A stretch of 32,366 bases of DNA, taken from positions 1 to 32,366 of the forward strand of contig JAZQTI010000035.1 of the NCBI GenBank assembly GCA_045630665.1. Direction: 5' to 3'. The stretch is from Candidatus Scatovivens sp. GTDB taxonomy: Bacteria; Bacillota; Clostridia; TANB77; CAG-508. A program made the position numbers and the translations under genes. The notes beneath the pieces were generated by a model. That model did not search any database. It was not told where the DNA came from and saw nothing but the letters and a program-made list of their open reading frames with translations. This document shows, in pieces, positions 1-7,548 of this stretch (its first letter is position 1; every line of letters begins with the position of its first letter).

Positions 1-86
1 GTATAATATGATTTCACATTTCCTAAATTAGAAATTTGATATAAACCTTCATATTCAGGTATGTCTTTCCATATTTCTTGTGTCAT
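1..86 (-). CDS. NUMOD4-domain (HNH-type) homing endonuclease, 5' part only
   Basis: Hand translation from ATG at 86 gives MTQEIWKDIPEYEGLYQISNLGNVKSYY, the NUMOD4 motif. It is nearly identical to the N-terminus of the 25561..25896 protein and runs off the window edge. Confidence 0.8.
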   Translation of the reverse strand, partial: MTQEIWKDIPEYEGLYQISNLGNVKSYY

Positions 87-100
87 ATTTATTACCCTTT

Positions 101-256
101 CTATTTTTCATTTTTAACTGGAACTAATTTAATAGTTTCATCATCATAGATTTCTAAATAAAAATCTCTACCATATTTGTCAATAATAAATTTTGGTATA
201 ACGATTCTATTTAATGCTTTATCTGCACGTTTCATAAATCTAAATAATGGTTTCAT
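101..256 (-). CDS. Small AbrB/SpoVT-like DNA-binding protein (51 aa, not in ORF track)
   Basis: MKPLFRFMKRADKALNRIVIPKFIIDKYGRDFYLEIYDDETIKLVPVKNEK shows a D..nRIVIPK.I..K.G swapped-hairpin pattern. RBS AAGGAGG lies upstream. Confidence 0.7.
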   Translation of the reverse strand: MKPLFRFMKRADKALNRIVIPKFIIDKYGRDFYLEIYDDETIKLVPVKNEK

Positions 257-283
257 TTTTTACCCTCCTTTACCTTACAAGTA

Positions 284-313
284 AATCTTACCATATTTTT
301 AGGTAAAATACAA
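284..313 (-). promoter_or_regulatory. SigA-type promoter for the AbrB-like/NUMOD4 unit
   Basis: TTGTAT-17 bp-TAAGAT with extended TG, overlapped by TTAC(C)/GGTAA repeats. Confidence 0.55.
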
Positions 314-324
314 GTTAATTTTAA

Positions 325-353
325 TAAAAAAAGCAACTTTTTTTAGTTGCTTT
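325..353 (-). terminator. Intrinsic terminator after the SSB-like gene
   Basis: AAAGCAACT/AGTTGCTTT inverted repeat followed by a T-run on the minus strand. Confidence 0.7.
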
Positions 354-372
354 ACATGTTTCACGTGAAACT

Positions 373-987
373 TTAATCAAGGAATGTATCGTCAATTTCT
401 ACAACATCACCAAATGTTGCTGCTATATCATTTGAAGTATCACTTGGTTTTGTATATTCTTCATATTCAACAAATGTTCCATCAAGTAATTTAACTTTTG
501 GAATTTTAATATTGTCAACTTTATCAATACTTCTAAATTGAACAATTTTAGTTGCTGTTTTAGTTTTGCCTTCATTGTCTTGGTATTCTTCAAGCCCAGC
601 TACTAAACCGACTTTTTTACCTTTTAATTGTTCAACGTCTTTATTCCAATCATAATTAAACCCATTGTTTGAATTTTCAACGGCTGTGATAAATGATTTT
701 AACATTTTTATTTGTGTTTCACTATCTCCAATTGGAACATATCTTGTTCCTGCTGGAGACCATTTTTTGTCCATGTTTGGATTTTCATCAAATTGTTTTT
801 GATAATATTCAGGTTGTTTATCATTTTTATCTGTATCAACTTCAACTTTTAATGAAGTTTTACCACTAATTGTTGAAGTATATTCTTCAATATTTTTGAT
901 AATTCCTTTGTGTCCCCCTAATTCTAATCTTTCAAATTCTTGACTAACTTGTACTTCTTCATATTTATTTGGTTTATTTAATATCAT
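373..987 (-). CDS. Putative single-stranded DNA-binding protein (DUF669-like, Sak4-associated)
   Basis: Lies directly downstream of the Sak4-like ATPase and has an acidic C-terminal tail (DVVEIDDTFLD). Likely start is ATG 987 (RBS AAGGAG) rather than 1017. Confidence 0.55.
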   Translation of the reverse strand: MILNKPNKYEEVQVSQEFERLELGGHKGIIKNIEEYTSTISGKTSLKVEVDTDKNDKQPEYYQKQFDENPNMDKKWSPAGTRYVPIGDSETQIKMLKSFITAVENSNNGFNYDWNKDVEQLKGKKVGLVAGLEEYQDNEGKTKTATKIVQFRSIDKVDNIKIPKVKLLDGTFVEYEEYTKPSDTSNDIAATFGDVVEIDDTFLD

Positions 988-988
988 A

Positions 989-2410
989 TTATTTTTCTCC
1001 TTCTTTCTTTTCTTCAACTTTATCTAATTCATAATAATCTCTAATTGCTTTATCAACAATTTTGAAATCATTTTCTATTTCTTCCACGCCATCATCGAAT
1101 AGCCCAATTGGTGTTTTTGTTATATCGCAACCTGTATTTTTTAGTCTAAATACATACTTACCATTATCACACATTGTTCTAATAGCAATTGTAAAGTTTC
1201 CTTCAATAACACCATTACTTTCAATCATTTTTCCTGCTGTTTTAAGTTTTACTTGCCCTTCTTCAATTTCTTCGTGCATTGATATTACAACAACTTTACC
1301 ACCATCAATTTTTTTAATTTCTTTAATTAAATTATAAAATTTTTCAGCAATTTGTGTAAACTTTGTATAACCTGTTTCTCTTGCTCTTTCAAACATTTCA
1401 TTAGTTAGTAAAAATCCAGCGTCATCTATAACTATTGTTTTCTTTTTAGTTCCTTTTATTCCTGCTATAATTTTATCGTAATTATCTAATGAATTAATTT
1501 TAATATCACTTTTAAATGGAAGTGGCTTGTCCAAAATATTTATATAAGCTATTTCATCATTTTTATAATTTCTAAAACTACTTGTTTTACCACTACCAGA
1601 TTTTCCGTATAATAATACTGGAATACTTTTCATATTTTTACATCTCCTGTTCTCTAAAATTTCTTCTACTTCTTTTTCCATATAAGGAATTGGTATAATT
1701 TCATAATTTTTGATATTTTCACTAAAATATACAATAAACATTTCTTCAACTTTTACATTTGCATATTTTTCTATTAAAAATTTATAAATAGATAGTTGCA
1801 AATAGTAATGATGTAAGCTGTCATCATTTAAGTGTTGTAATGGTACTTTCATTGATTTTTTATATGCTTTTTCATTATAACCTTTTAAGTACGAATTAGT
1901 TTTATAATCTACTAAAACTAAATCACCAGTAAGTTTATTATAAAATAAATGATCCACACAACTGGCAATATTAAATTCTTCACTACCTATTGGAAGTTCA
2001 TCATATAAATGTTCCAATCTATCTTCATAATCTTTTTTAAAATTCTTTGCTTGGTTTTGAATTTTATTAACTGCATTTATATATTCTATACTTCCATCAA
2101 ATAATAATTCATTGTATTCATTGCCACTCCATAAATGTTGCGACCATTCATGACAAGTTGTTCCCTTTTCACAACTAAAATCTCGTTTATAATGCCATTC
2201 ATCTAAAATTTCTTGAACTGATTTATTATTTTTAATTGCTGATTTTTCAGCCATTTCTTGTTCATTAAATTCATTGGCATATTCGTGAATAAAAGTTGTT
2301 ACACTAATTCCAACTCGTTGTCCTTTGTATTCATAGTGATGATCTTGCTCAAAAAACTTGAAATCTCCAAATGCCTTATTTAATTCTTTTAAATATTCTT
2401 CGCGTGTCAT
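989..2410 (-). CDS. PD-(D/E)XK exonuclease fused to Sak4-like (AAA_24) recombinase ATPase
   Basis: The N-terminal half has D...vDYKT and YYLQLSIY nuclease motifs. The C-terminal half has Walker A GKSGSGKT and Walker B IVIDD. Confidence 0.8.
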   Translation of the reverse strand: MTREEYLKELNKAFGDFKFFEQDHHYEYKGQRVGISVTTFIHEYANEFNEQEMAEKSAIKNNKSVQEILDEWHYKRDFSCEKGTTCHEWSQHLWSGNEYNELLFDGSIEYINAVNKIQNQAKNFKKDYEDRLEHLYDELPIGSEEFNIASCVDHLFYNKLTGDLVLVDYKTNSYLKGYNEKAYKKSMKVPLQHLNDDSLHHYYLQLSIYKFLIEKYANVKVEEMFIVYFSENIKNYEIIPIPYMEKEVEEILENRRCKNMKSIPVLLYGKSGSGKTSSFRNYKNDEIAYINILDKPLPFKSDIKINSLDNYDKIIAGIKGTKKKTIVIDDAGFLLTNEMFERARETGYTKFTQIAEKFYNLIKEIKKIDGGKVVVISMHEEIEEGQVKLKTAGKMIESNGVIEGNFTIAIRTMCDNGKYVFRLKNTGCDITKTPIGLFDDGVEEIENDFKIVDKAIRDYYELDKVEEKKEGEK

Positions 2411-2532
2411 TATTTTTTTCTCCCTATCAGAATTAATCTAATGTAAGAACTTAATGACAACCCTTTTTCTTTTGCCTCATTAGTAAGTTGTTCTTTTAAC
2501 TCTTCTCTAATGTTAAGGCATATACTTTTCAT
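2410..2532 (-). CDS. Ribbon-helix-helix (Arc/CopG-like) regulator, 40 aa (not in ORF track)
   Basis: MKSICLNIREELKEQLTNEAKEKGLSLSSYIRLILIGRKK. RBS AGGAGGT; the stop overlaps the next start (TAATG). Confidence 0.8.
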   Translation of the reverse strand: MKSICLNIREELKEQLTNEAKEKGLSLSSYIRLILIGRKK

Positions 2533-2556
2533 TTCTCTACCTCCTATCTATATATA

Positions 2557-2615
2557 ATTATACTCTTTTTTTATATAATGTCAATATATTTTTTATATAT
2601 TTTTGATATATTTTT
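2557..2615 (-). promoter_or_regulatory. SigA promoter with three phased upstream direct repeats
   Basis: TTGACA (2579-2584)-16 bp-TATAAT (2557-2562). ATATATTTTT occurs at 2584, 2595 and 2606 (11-bp period). Confidence 0.65.
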
Positions 2616-2631
2616 TAATAAAAAAAGAAGA

Positions 2632-2886
2632 TTATTTTTCTTCTTTTAATTCTTTAATTTCTTTTTTAAGTTGCCTAATAACTTTATTTTTTTCTTTTAT
2701 GGTATCAAGATAATTGTCTTTTTGTTCTTCTGCAATTTTCAATTCTTCTATTTGCTTTTTTAATTTTGAATTTTTAACTTTTTCATTCGCTAACTCATGA
2801 TCTAAATTTTCTAATTCTTCTAGTATTTCATTTTTATTTTTTATATACTCAATAAAATCTTTAATGTTTTCTATCATTTTTATCAA
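2632..2886 (-). CDS. Hypothetical coiled-coil protein
   Basis: ORF track; K/E-rich heptads; in operon. True start may be slightly downstream. Confidence 0.6.
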   Translation of the reverse strand: MIKMIENIKDFIEYIKNKNEILEELENLDHELANEKVKNSKLKKQIEELKIAEEQKDNYLDTIKEKNKVIRQLKKEIKELKEEK

Positions 2887-3055
2887 TCTCCTTTTTTAAA
2901 TTTTTTAAAAACATCATCTTTTTATACTCTTCATCTTGTAGTTTTTGCAATTCAATAGTTTTATCATATTTTAAATTATGTTCACCGATAAATAATTCTT
3001 TTAATCTTTTTGAATTTCTACAATGTCTTACAATTTCTTCATCTATTACACTCAT
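2861..3055 (-). CDS. Hypothetical protein
   Basis: ORF track; ATG with AAAGGT RBS; overlaps the next gene. Confidence 0.6.
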   Translation of the reverse strand: MSVIDEEIVRHCRNSKRLKELFIGEHNLKYDKTIELQKLQDEEYKKMMFLKNLKKEIDKNDRKH

Positions 3056-3077
3056 AATATACCTTTATTTTGCGTTT

Positions 3078-3284
3078 TTATGGGGTTTTTAGCACAATTT
3101 CGACATTGTTAGTATAATTTATCGAATTGTTGTCAAACTCTCTTATACGGGCGATTTTTTCAATAATTGCTATTTCTACAAAATTTGTTTCAGTAGAGTT
3201 AATTTTTTCAAGTGTTTTTTTAAGTTCATCATACACAAATGGACTTATTCGATAACATCTTCTAATTTTTTTAGCTCTTTCCAT
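3078..3284 (-). CDS. Possible RHH-like DNA-binding protein
   Basis: IRRCYRISPFVYDELKKTLEKINSTETNFVEIAIIEKI fits a beta-alpha-alpha RHH pattern. Confidence 0.5.
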   Translation of the reverse strand: MERAKKIRRCYRISPFVYDELKKTLEKINSTETNFVEIAIIEKIARIREFDNNSINYTNNVEIVLKTP

Positions 3285-3299
3285 TTTTATCTATCTTCT

Positions 3300-3533
3300 T
3301 TATAAAGTTTCTCTACAAAAATTTTCATCAAAACCAAGTTCCATACAATCTTTTAATTCTTGCTTTTGTATTTTACCTATAAGTATTAGTAAAGCACAAG
3401 TTAAGACAACTATAAATGTTGCTACAAATATAGTTATCCTTTCTTCTTTCTTTTGTTGTTTTAAATATTCTTGTTTTTTCTTTTCATAAATTCTTTTCTT
3501 ATTTTCAATTAATACTTCTTCTAAACTTTTCAT
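3300..3533 (-). CDS. Hypothetical single-pass membrane protein
   Basis: Hydrophobic segment ITIFVATFIVVLTCALLILIG followed by C-x9-C. Confidence 0.65.
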   Translation of the reverse strand: MKSLEEVLIENKKRIYEKKKQEYLKQQKKEERITIFVATFIVVLTCALLILIGKIQKQELKDCMELGFDENFCRETL

Positions 3534-3556
3534 TTTTATTCCCTCTTTCTTCTTTT

Positions 3557-3790
3557 TTAAATAATTACATCTTCAATATTGATTTTATCAACTTCTTCAA
3601 GTAGTTCTTCATTACTCATTTTATCAACTTGTTCATTGATGTCATCTATTTCATCATCAATGTCTTTGTATTTACCAACCTTTACTCTTACATAAGTTGT
3701 AAATGAACATTCAACTTTAACTGTTTTATATTCATCTTCAAACTCAATTGGTGTTGGATAACTACCTGCACCTAATTCTCTTGTTTCCAT
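3557..3790 (-). CDS. Hypothetical acidic protein
   Basis: ORF track; strong RBS AGGAGGT. Confidence 0.7.
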   Translation of the reverse strand: METRELGAGSYPTPIEFEDEYKTVKVECSFTTYVRVKVGKYKDIDDEIDDINEQVDKMSNEELLEEVDKINIEDVII

Positions 3791-3808
3791 TTTTCTTACC
3801 TCCTTTTT

Positions 3809-4282
3809 TTATTTTAAGTGAAAAAACTTTATGCCTGCTTTTTCTTCCATTAATTTTAAATAAATATATTTTTGAATACCCATATAATATTTTGACGCTT
3901 CTTTTTCAAAATATTCATAATCTTCTTCATATAGATTTATTTTTATTGTTTTAGTTCTTCTTTTCTTTATTATTCCTTTATTTGTTGGATATTTATATTT
4001 AGGATAATATTTACCATTATATACTGTATTATAACCAATATCATTTTTATAAGACATATATTTACCAATGTAATAATTTTCTATTTCGTCAGCAATTTCT
4101 TCATCAACATTATCTTCTAATATTATATGTTCTACATTTTCCCAACCATATTTTTGTACTGCATCTTTCATTGCTTTTTGGTCATAACAATTTCCATTTT
4201 TCCATCTTTTTTCACAATTTGATGTTTGGCCTATATAAATTTTCCCATTAGGAAATTTGTGCATATATATATATTTTTTCAT
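3809..4282 (-). CDS. GIY-YIG endonuclease with C-terminal RHH-like domain
   Basis: YIY...KIYIGQT...RW and a later E fit the GIY-YIG catalytic pattern. The C-terminal TIKINLYEEDYEYFEKEASKYYMGIQKYI is RHH-like. Confidence 0.8.
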   Translation of the reverse strand: MKKYIYMHKFPNGKIYIGQTSNCEKRWKNGNCYDQKAMKDAVQKYGWENVEHIILEDNVDEEIADEIENYYIGKYMSYKNDIGYNTVYNGKYYPKYKYPTNKGIIKKRRTKTIKINLYEEDYEYFEKEASKYYMGIQKYIYLKLMEEKAGIKFFHLK

Positions 4283-4283
4283 A

Positions 4284-4403
4284 TTATCTCTCCTTTAAAA
4301 TATTTTCAATAAAATTTGATAAACTTCTGTTTTCTTGCTTTGCTAATTTTTTAATTTGTTCTAATATTTTTTTGTCTATTGTTATAGAAATTTTTTCTTT
4401 CAT
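4284..4403 (-). CDS. Ribbon-helix-helix regulator, 39 aa (not in ORF track)
   Basis: MKEKISITIDKKILEQIKKLAKQENRSLSNFIENILKER is a classic RHH pattern. RBS AGGTGAG. Confidence 0.85.
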   Translation of the reverse strand: MKEKISITIDKKILEQIKKLAKQENRSLSNFIENILKER

Positions 4404-4424
4404 TATCTCACCTACCTTAATATG

Positions 4425-4457
4425 ATTTTATCATACTAAATACTACTAGTCAATACT
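4425..4457 (-). promoter_or_regulatory. SigA promoter of the RHH/GIY-YIG unit
   Basis: TTGACT-17 bp-TAAAAT with extended TG. Four AGTA repeats lie across the promoter. Confidence 0.6.
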
Positions 4458-4471
4458 TTTTGACGAGAAAT

Positions 4472-4498
4472 TAAAAAACTTTACAAAATTGTAAAGTC
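4472..4498 (-). terminator. Terminator after the endolysin
   Basis: ACTTTACAA/TTGTAAAGT stem followed by a T-run on the minus strand. Confidence 0.65.
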
Positions 4499-4514
4499 TT
4501 TTGTAAAAATATTC

Positions 4515-5300
4515 TTAATTTACAAGTTGATAAATAGGCTCTTTAGTAATGCTATATTTACCCTCAGTACCTGCACCAATAAATATTTGAACTTGACCAA
4601 AGTCCCTAGTTTGAATAATAGCAACGCCTTCCATAGTATAACCAAGTATAGTATATGATAATCCACCAAATTTAGATGGTTTTAAGAACATACATTCATT
4701 ACCTTTAACAGGTGCAACATTCATTGGATAAACACGCCAACTATCAATATTAGCATTAAGATTAAGATAATCAGTGCTAGGCTGTGGTTCAGGCTTATCT
4801 TCATTAATTTTATTTGCTTGTTCAATAATATAATCTAATTTGCTTAATAAATAATCACCTGGGCAATTAGTGTTAGCAAACATACTATGCCAAGTTAAAT
4901 TTTGACCCTTTACCAATACACCTAAATTATTTCTTTTAGCAATATCAGCAACAAGTGTAATTAAACTATTTAGTGCTTCATCGCTTACTTTCCAATCACC
5001 ATACATTTCACAATTAGAAGTTTCGATAGTTACTGACTTGCAATTACTATCCCAATTTGAATTTGTCCAAGCAGTATTTTCTTCATTTACATATTGGCCA
5101 ATTCTTCCATCATTACCAATTCCATAATGTGATGATGCTTGTCTGTTAGGATTTTGAAATATATAACCACATTGTTCAGCACTTAATACACCAGCCATGT
5201 GATGAATTGTAATTGCTTCAATATTTCTTCCACTTCTACCAATAGTATAGTTTCCTTCATAAGCAGGAATAACTGTGTCAACTAAATTTGAATTATTCAT
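4515..5300 (-). CDS. Endolysin, N-acetylmuramoyl-L-alanine amidase (Amidase_2)
   Basis: ITIHHMAG, ASSHYGI, AW, SVTIE, WHS...T.CPG zinc-amidase motifs, a PEPQP linker and a C-terminal putative binding domain. Likely start is ATG 5300 (track gives 5321). Confidence 0.92.
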   Translation of the reverse strand: MNNSNLVDTVIPAYEGNYTIGRSGRNIEAITIHHMAGVLSAEQCGYIFQNPNRQASSHYGIGNDGRIGQYVNEENTAWTNSNWDSNCKSVTIETSNCEMYGDWKVSDEALNSLITLVADIAKRNNLGVLVKGQNLTWHSMFANTNCPGDYLLSKLDYIIEQANKINEDKPEPQPSTDYLNLNANIDSWRVYPMNVAPVKGNECMFLKPSKFGGLSYTILGYTMEGVAIIQTRDFGQVQIFIGAGTEGKYSITKEPIYQLVN

Positions 5301-5367
5301 TTTCTTCATCGCCTTTCCCATTTGAAAGTTCTTCTTCCATTTCTTTTGTTAATATAACTTCTTCCAT
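5293..5367 (-). CDS. Tiny acidic peptide between holin and endolysin (24 aa)
   Basis: MEEVILTKEMEEELSNGKGDEENE. RBS AAGGAG; the 3' end overlaps the amidase start. Confidence 0.5.
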   Translation of the reverse strand: MEEVILTKEMEEELSNGKGDEENE

Positions 5368-5368
5368 A

Positions 5369-5572
5369 TTAATTCATCTCCTTTTTGTAATTATAATTTG
5401 AAATCCCTGTAATAGCACCTAAAAATGTGGCAATAGCACTTATAGTTAAAACAACTATTTCAGTATCAAATTTGTATATTTGTCCTAGTGTACCTATTAA
5501 AGTGATAAGTGCTGGAATAAATATCATCAACCCCCATTTTAGAATATCATATATTTTGTTATTTAATTTCAT
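5369..5572 (-). CDS. Holin (Dp-1-like family)
   Basis: MKLNNKIYDILKW..., two TM segments, FLGAITGIS..Y.K, adjacent to the amidase. Confidence 0.88.
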   Translation of the reverse strand: MKLNNKIYDILKWGLMIFIPALITLIGTLGQIYKFDTEIVVLTISAIATFLGAITGISNYNYKKEMN

Positions 5573-5615
5573 AATAACAACCTACCTTTCTTTATTTAAT
5601 TATATCATTGAACTA

Positions 5616-5643
5616 AAAAAGTAGCAAATCAATGCTACTTTTC
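5616..5643. terminator. Bidirectional-looking terminator after the tail operon
   Basis: AAAAGTAGCA/TGCTACTTTT inverted repeat with A/T runs on both sides. Confidence 0.7.
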
Positions 5644-5709
5644 TTTATTTATTTGTACTAAGCACATTATAAACACACCTACTACAACACCTATTAAAAA
5701 TGTTATCAT
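5635..5709 (-). CDS. Small membrane peptide (DUF3789-like), 24 aa
   Basis: MITFLIGVVVGVFIMCLVQINKEK; RBS AAGGAG. Confidence 0.6.
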   Translation of the reverse strand: MITFLIGVVVGVFIMCLVQINKEK

Positions 5710-5719
5710 TTTATTCTCC

Positions 5720-6631
5720 TTAATCAGTTGTTTTTGTATATTCTATTGTGCAACGGCAAGGTTTATTATCATATCCTTTTCCAAATAACGAAACAGTATG
5801 TTCAACAGTACTATATTGTATTAATGAATAAAAATTTGAATTTGCATAAGCACCAATTTGATGCCAACCATTTGCATAACTAACTACTCCATAAGCATTC
5901 GTTAGCATTTCAATATTTGTATCTGTTAAGAGTGTAGTGTTAGTATTTGCTCCTAAAATATTTAAAAGTGTGCGTCTATATAAAGGTTTACCGTCAATCC
6001 AAATCCCTATTCTCTTTTCGATTGTTGAATATACATCTATATTTTCATATTCTTTATGTTCTACATAATCAGTAGCAGTATTACCTTTTTCCATTTGTAA
6101 TTTGCATTTGTAATTATCAAGAGTAGTTCCATTAGGTATTCTTAAAATATTTAATGTAATTGAAATATCAGCATTAAAACTATTAGTAAATGAAGTATTA
6201 TTTTCATTAAGTAATAAAGTAAAACCTTGATAATTATAATTTGCGTCTTGTAAATATATTGTACAATTTTCTGTTGTACTACCACTTACATAAGTGCTTG
6301 AAAATGTATATTGTGTACCACTTTTAAATTTCATTTTATTAAATGGTGCTAAATTAATATCAGTTCGTGCTGTTGCTGTACCATTAATTGTTAATTCATT
6401 TGTGCTTATATCATAAGTTGCAGTTATTCCATTTGATGTAGTTGTTGCAAATGTACTCATATCAACCATATTTTTCCCTGTTAATCCATCAACAATAATA
6501 TCTCCCATTGCTTTGTTACCTAACAACATATCATTATTATCTTTTATACCTGTTTCAATATTGTTTAAATTACTTGCTGTAGTAGGAGTATTTGTACTAG
6601 GCAAATTCTCCCAATTTGTTTTTACATACAT
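5720..6631 (-). CDS. Tail fibre / receptor-binding protein
   Basis: N-terminal KTNWENLPSTNTP..A.NLN.IE.GI, GKN...QMEKG.TATDY carbohydrate-binding-like module, YST.E.RIG.WIDGKPLYR and C-terminal IEYTKTTD; last tail gene. Confidence 0.75.
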   Translation of the reverse strand: MYVKTNWENLPSTNTPTTASNLNNIETGIKDNNDMLLGNKAMGDIIVDGLTGKNMVDMSTFATTTSNGITATYDISTNELTINGTATARTDINLAPFNKMKFKSGTQYTFSSTYVSGSTTENCTIYLQDANYNYQGFTLLLNENNTSFTNSFNADISITLNILRIPNGTTLDNYKCKLQMEKGNTATDYVEHKEYENIDVYSTIEKRIGIWIDGKPLYRRTLLNILGANTNTTLLTDTNIEMLTNAYGVVSYANGWHQIGAYANSNFYSLIQYSTVEHTVSLFGKGYDNKPCRCTIEYTKTTD

Positions 6632-7329
6632 AATTTTTCCTCCTTTAATGTATAATTAAGTTTTGCACTTTTTTGTAAATTATCTTGTGCTTTTAATAAT
6701 TGTAAATTAGAATAATGGCATAATTTTATTACATCCTCTTCAGTTTTTGCAGTTGCTAGAGGAATAATATGGTCAATATGAACAGGTTCTTTTTTGTCCC
6801 ATTCATAGCCATAATTATTTTTAAAAGTATCTAACAAATAAGAATAAAAGTAATCAAATGAACAACCAAGAATATCTTTTGTTTTACACATTTTCCTATA
6901 ACCTTTCTTTTGAAAACAAACTCTAATATTTGTTCTTATTTGTTTTTTTATTTTAAATAAATTGTCCGAGTGAAACCTTATATTTTCTCTTTTACTTATA
7001 TTTTTTCTATTTTTTTTATTTCTTAATCTTGCTTTCATATTTAATTCTTCTTTGTTAAGTTCTCTATTTATTTTTCTTCTTTTTTGTATATCATTTTTAT
7101 TTTTTTGATAATAAGAACTCATTTTGTTTAAGATTTCTTCTCTATGCTTTTTGTAATAATTATTTCTTATTGTTTTTTCTATTTGCTTATGTTCTTTTAT
7201 ATACTCATAACGATACTTTTTTTCACATTCTTTACAAGTATGTCTATAATGTCCATTATCTTTTCTAACTCTAAATTCTTCTAAAGGTTTCTCTAATAAA
7301 CATTTTTTACATACTTTACTATAAGCCAT
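6622..7329 (-). CDS. HNH homing endonuclease with N-terminal CxxC...CxxC zinc finger
   Basis: CKKC...CKEC; HIDHIIP...HYSNLQLL...N..KS. Confidence 0.85.
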   Translation of the reverse strand: MAYSKVCKKCLLEKPLEEFRVRKDNGHYRHTCKECEKKYRYEYIKEHKQIEKTIRNNYYKKHREEILNKMSSYYQKNKNDIQKRRKINRELNKEELNMKARLRNKKNRKNISKRENIRFHSDNLFKIKKQIRTNIRVCFQKKGYRKMCKTKDILGCSFDYFYSYLLDTFKNNYGYEWDKKEPVHIDHIIPLATAKTEEDVIKLCHYSNLQLLKAQDNLQKSAKLNYTLKEEKLCM

Positions 7330-7332
7330 ATT

Positions 7333-7530
7333 CTATTCACTCTCCTTTTCTTCTTGTTTGCTATTTTCTTCGTTGTATTTATTTATTTCTTCCATATCTA
7401 CCTTGTCTAATTCATTATACAAGTTTTGTAATATTATTTTTAGTGCAAATGCAGGAAGCTCTGATTTGTTCAAAACTTCCACCACTTGTTCACTTGTTTC
7501 TTGTACTTTTAGTGTAAAAGGTTTATTCAT
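7333..7530 (-). CDS. Hypothetical protein (tail operon)
   Basis: ORF track; lies between the baseplate gene and the HNH gene. Confidence 0.65.
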   Translation of the reverse strand: MNKPFTLKVQETSEQVVEVLNKSELPAFALKIILQNLYNELDKVDMEEINKYNEENSKQEEKESE

Positions 7531-7548
7531 TTTCTAACACCACACTTT

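Noticed and set aside
1640-2410. Cas4/CRISPR association of the PD-(D/E)XK nuclease
   Set aside because: It lacks the four-Cys cluster pattern, and its context is a recombination module.
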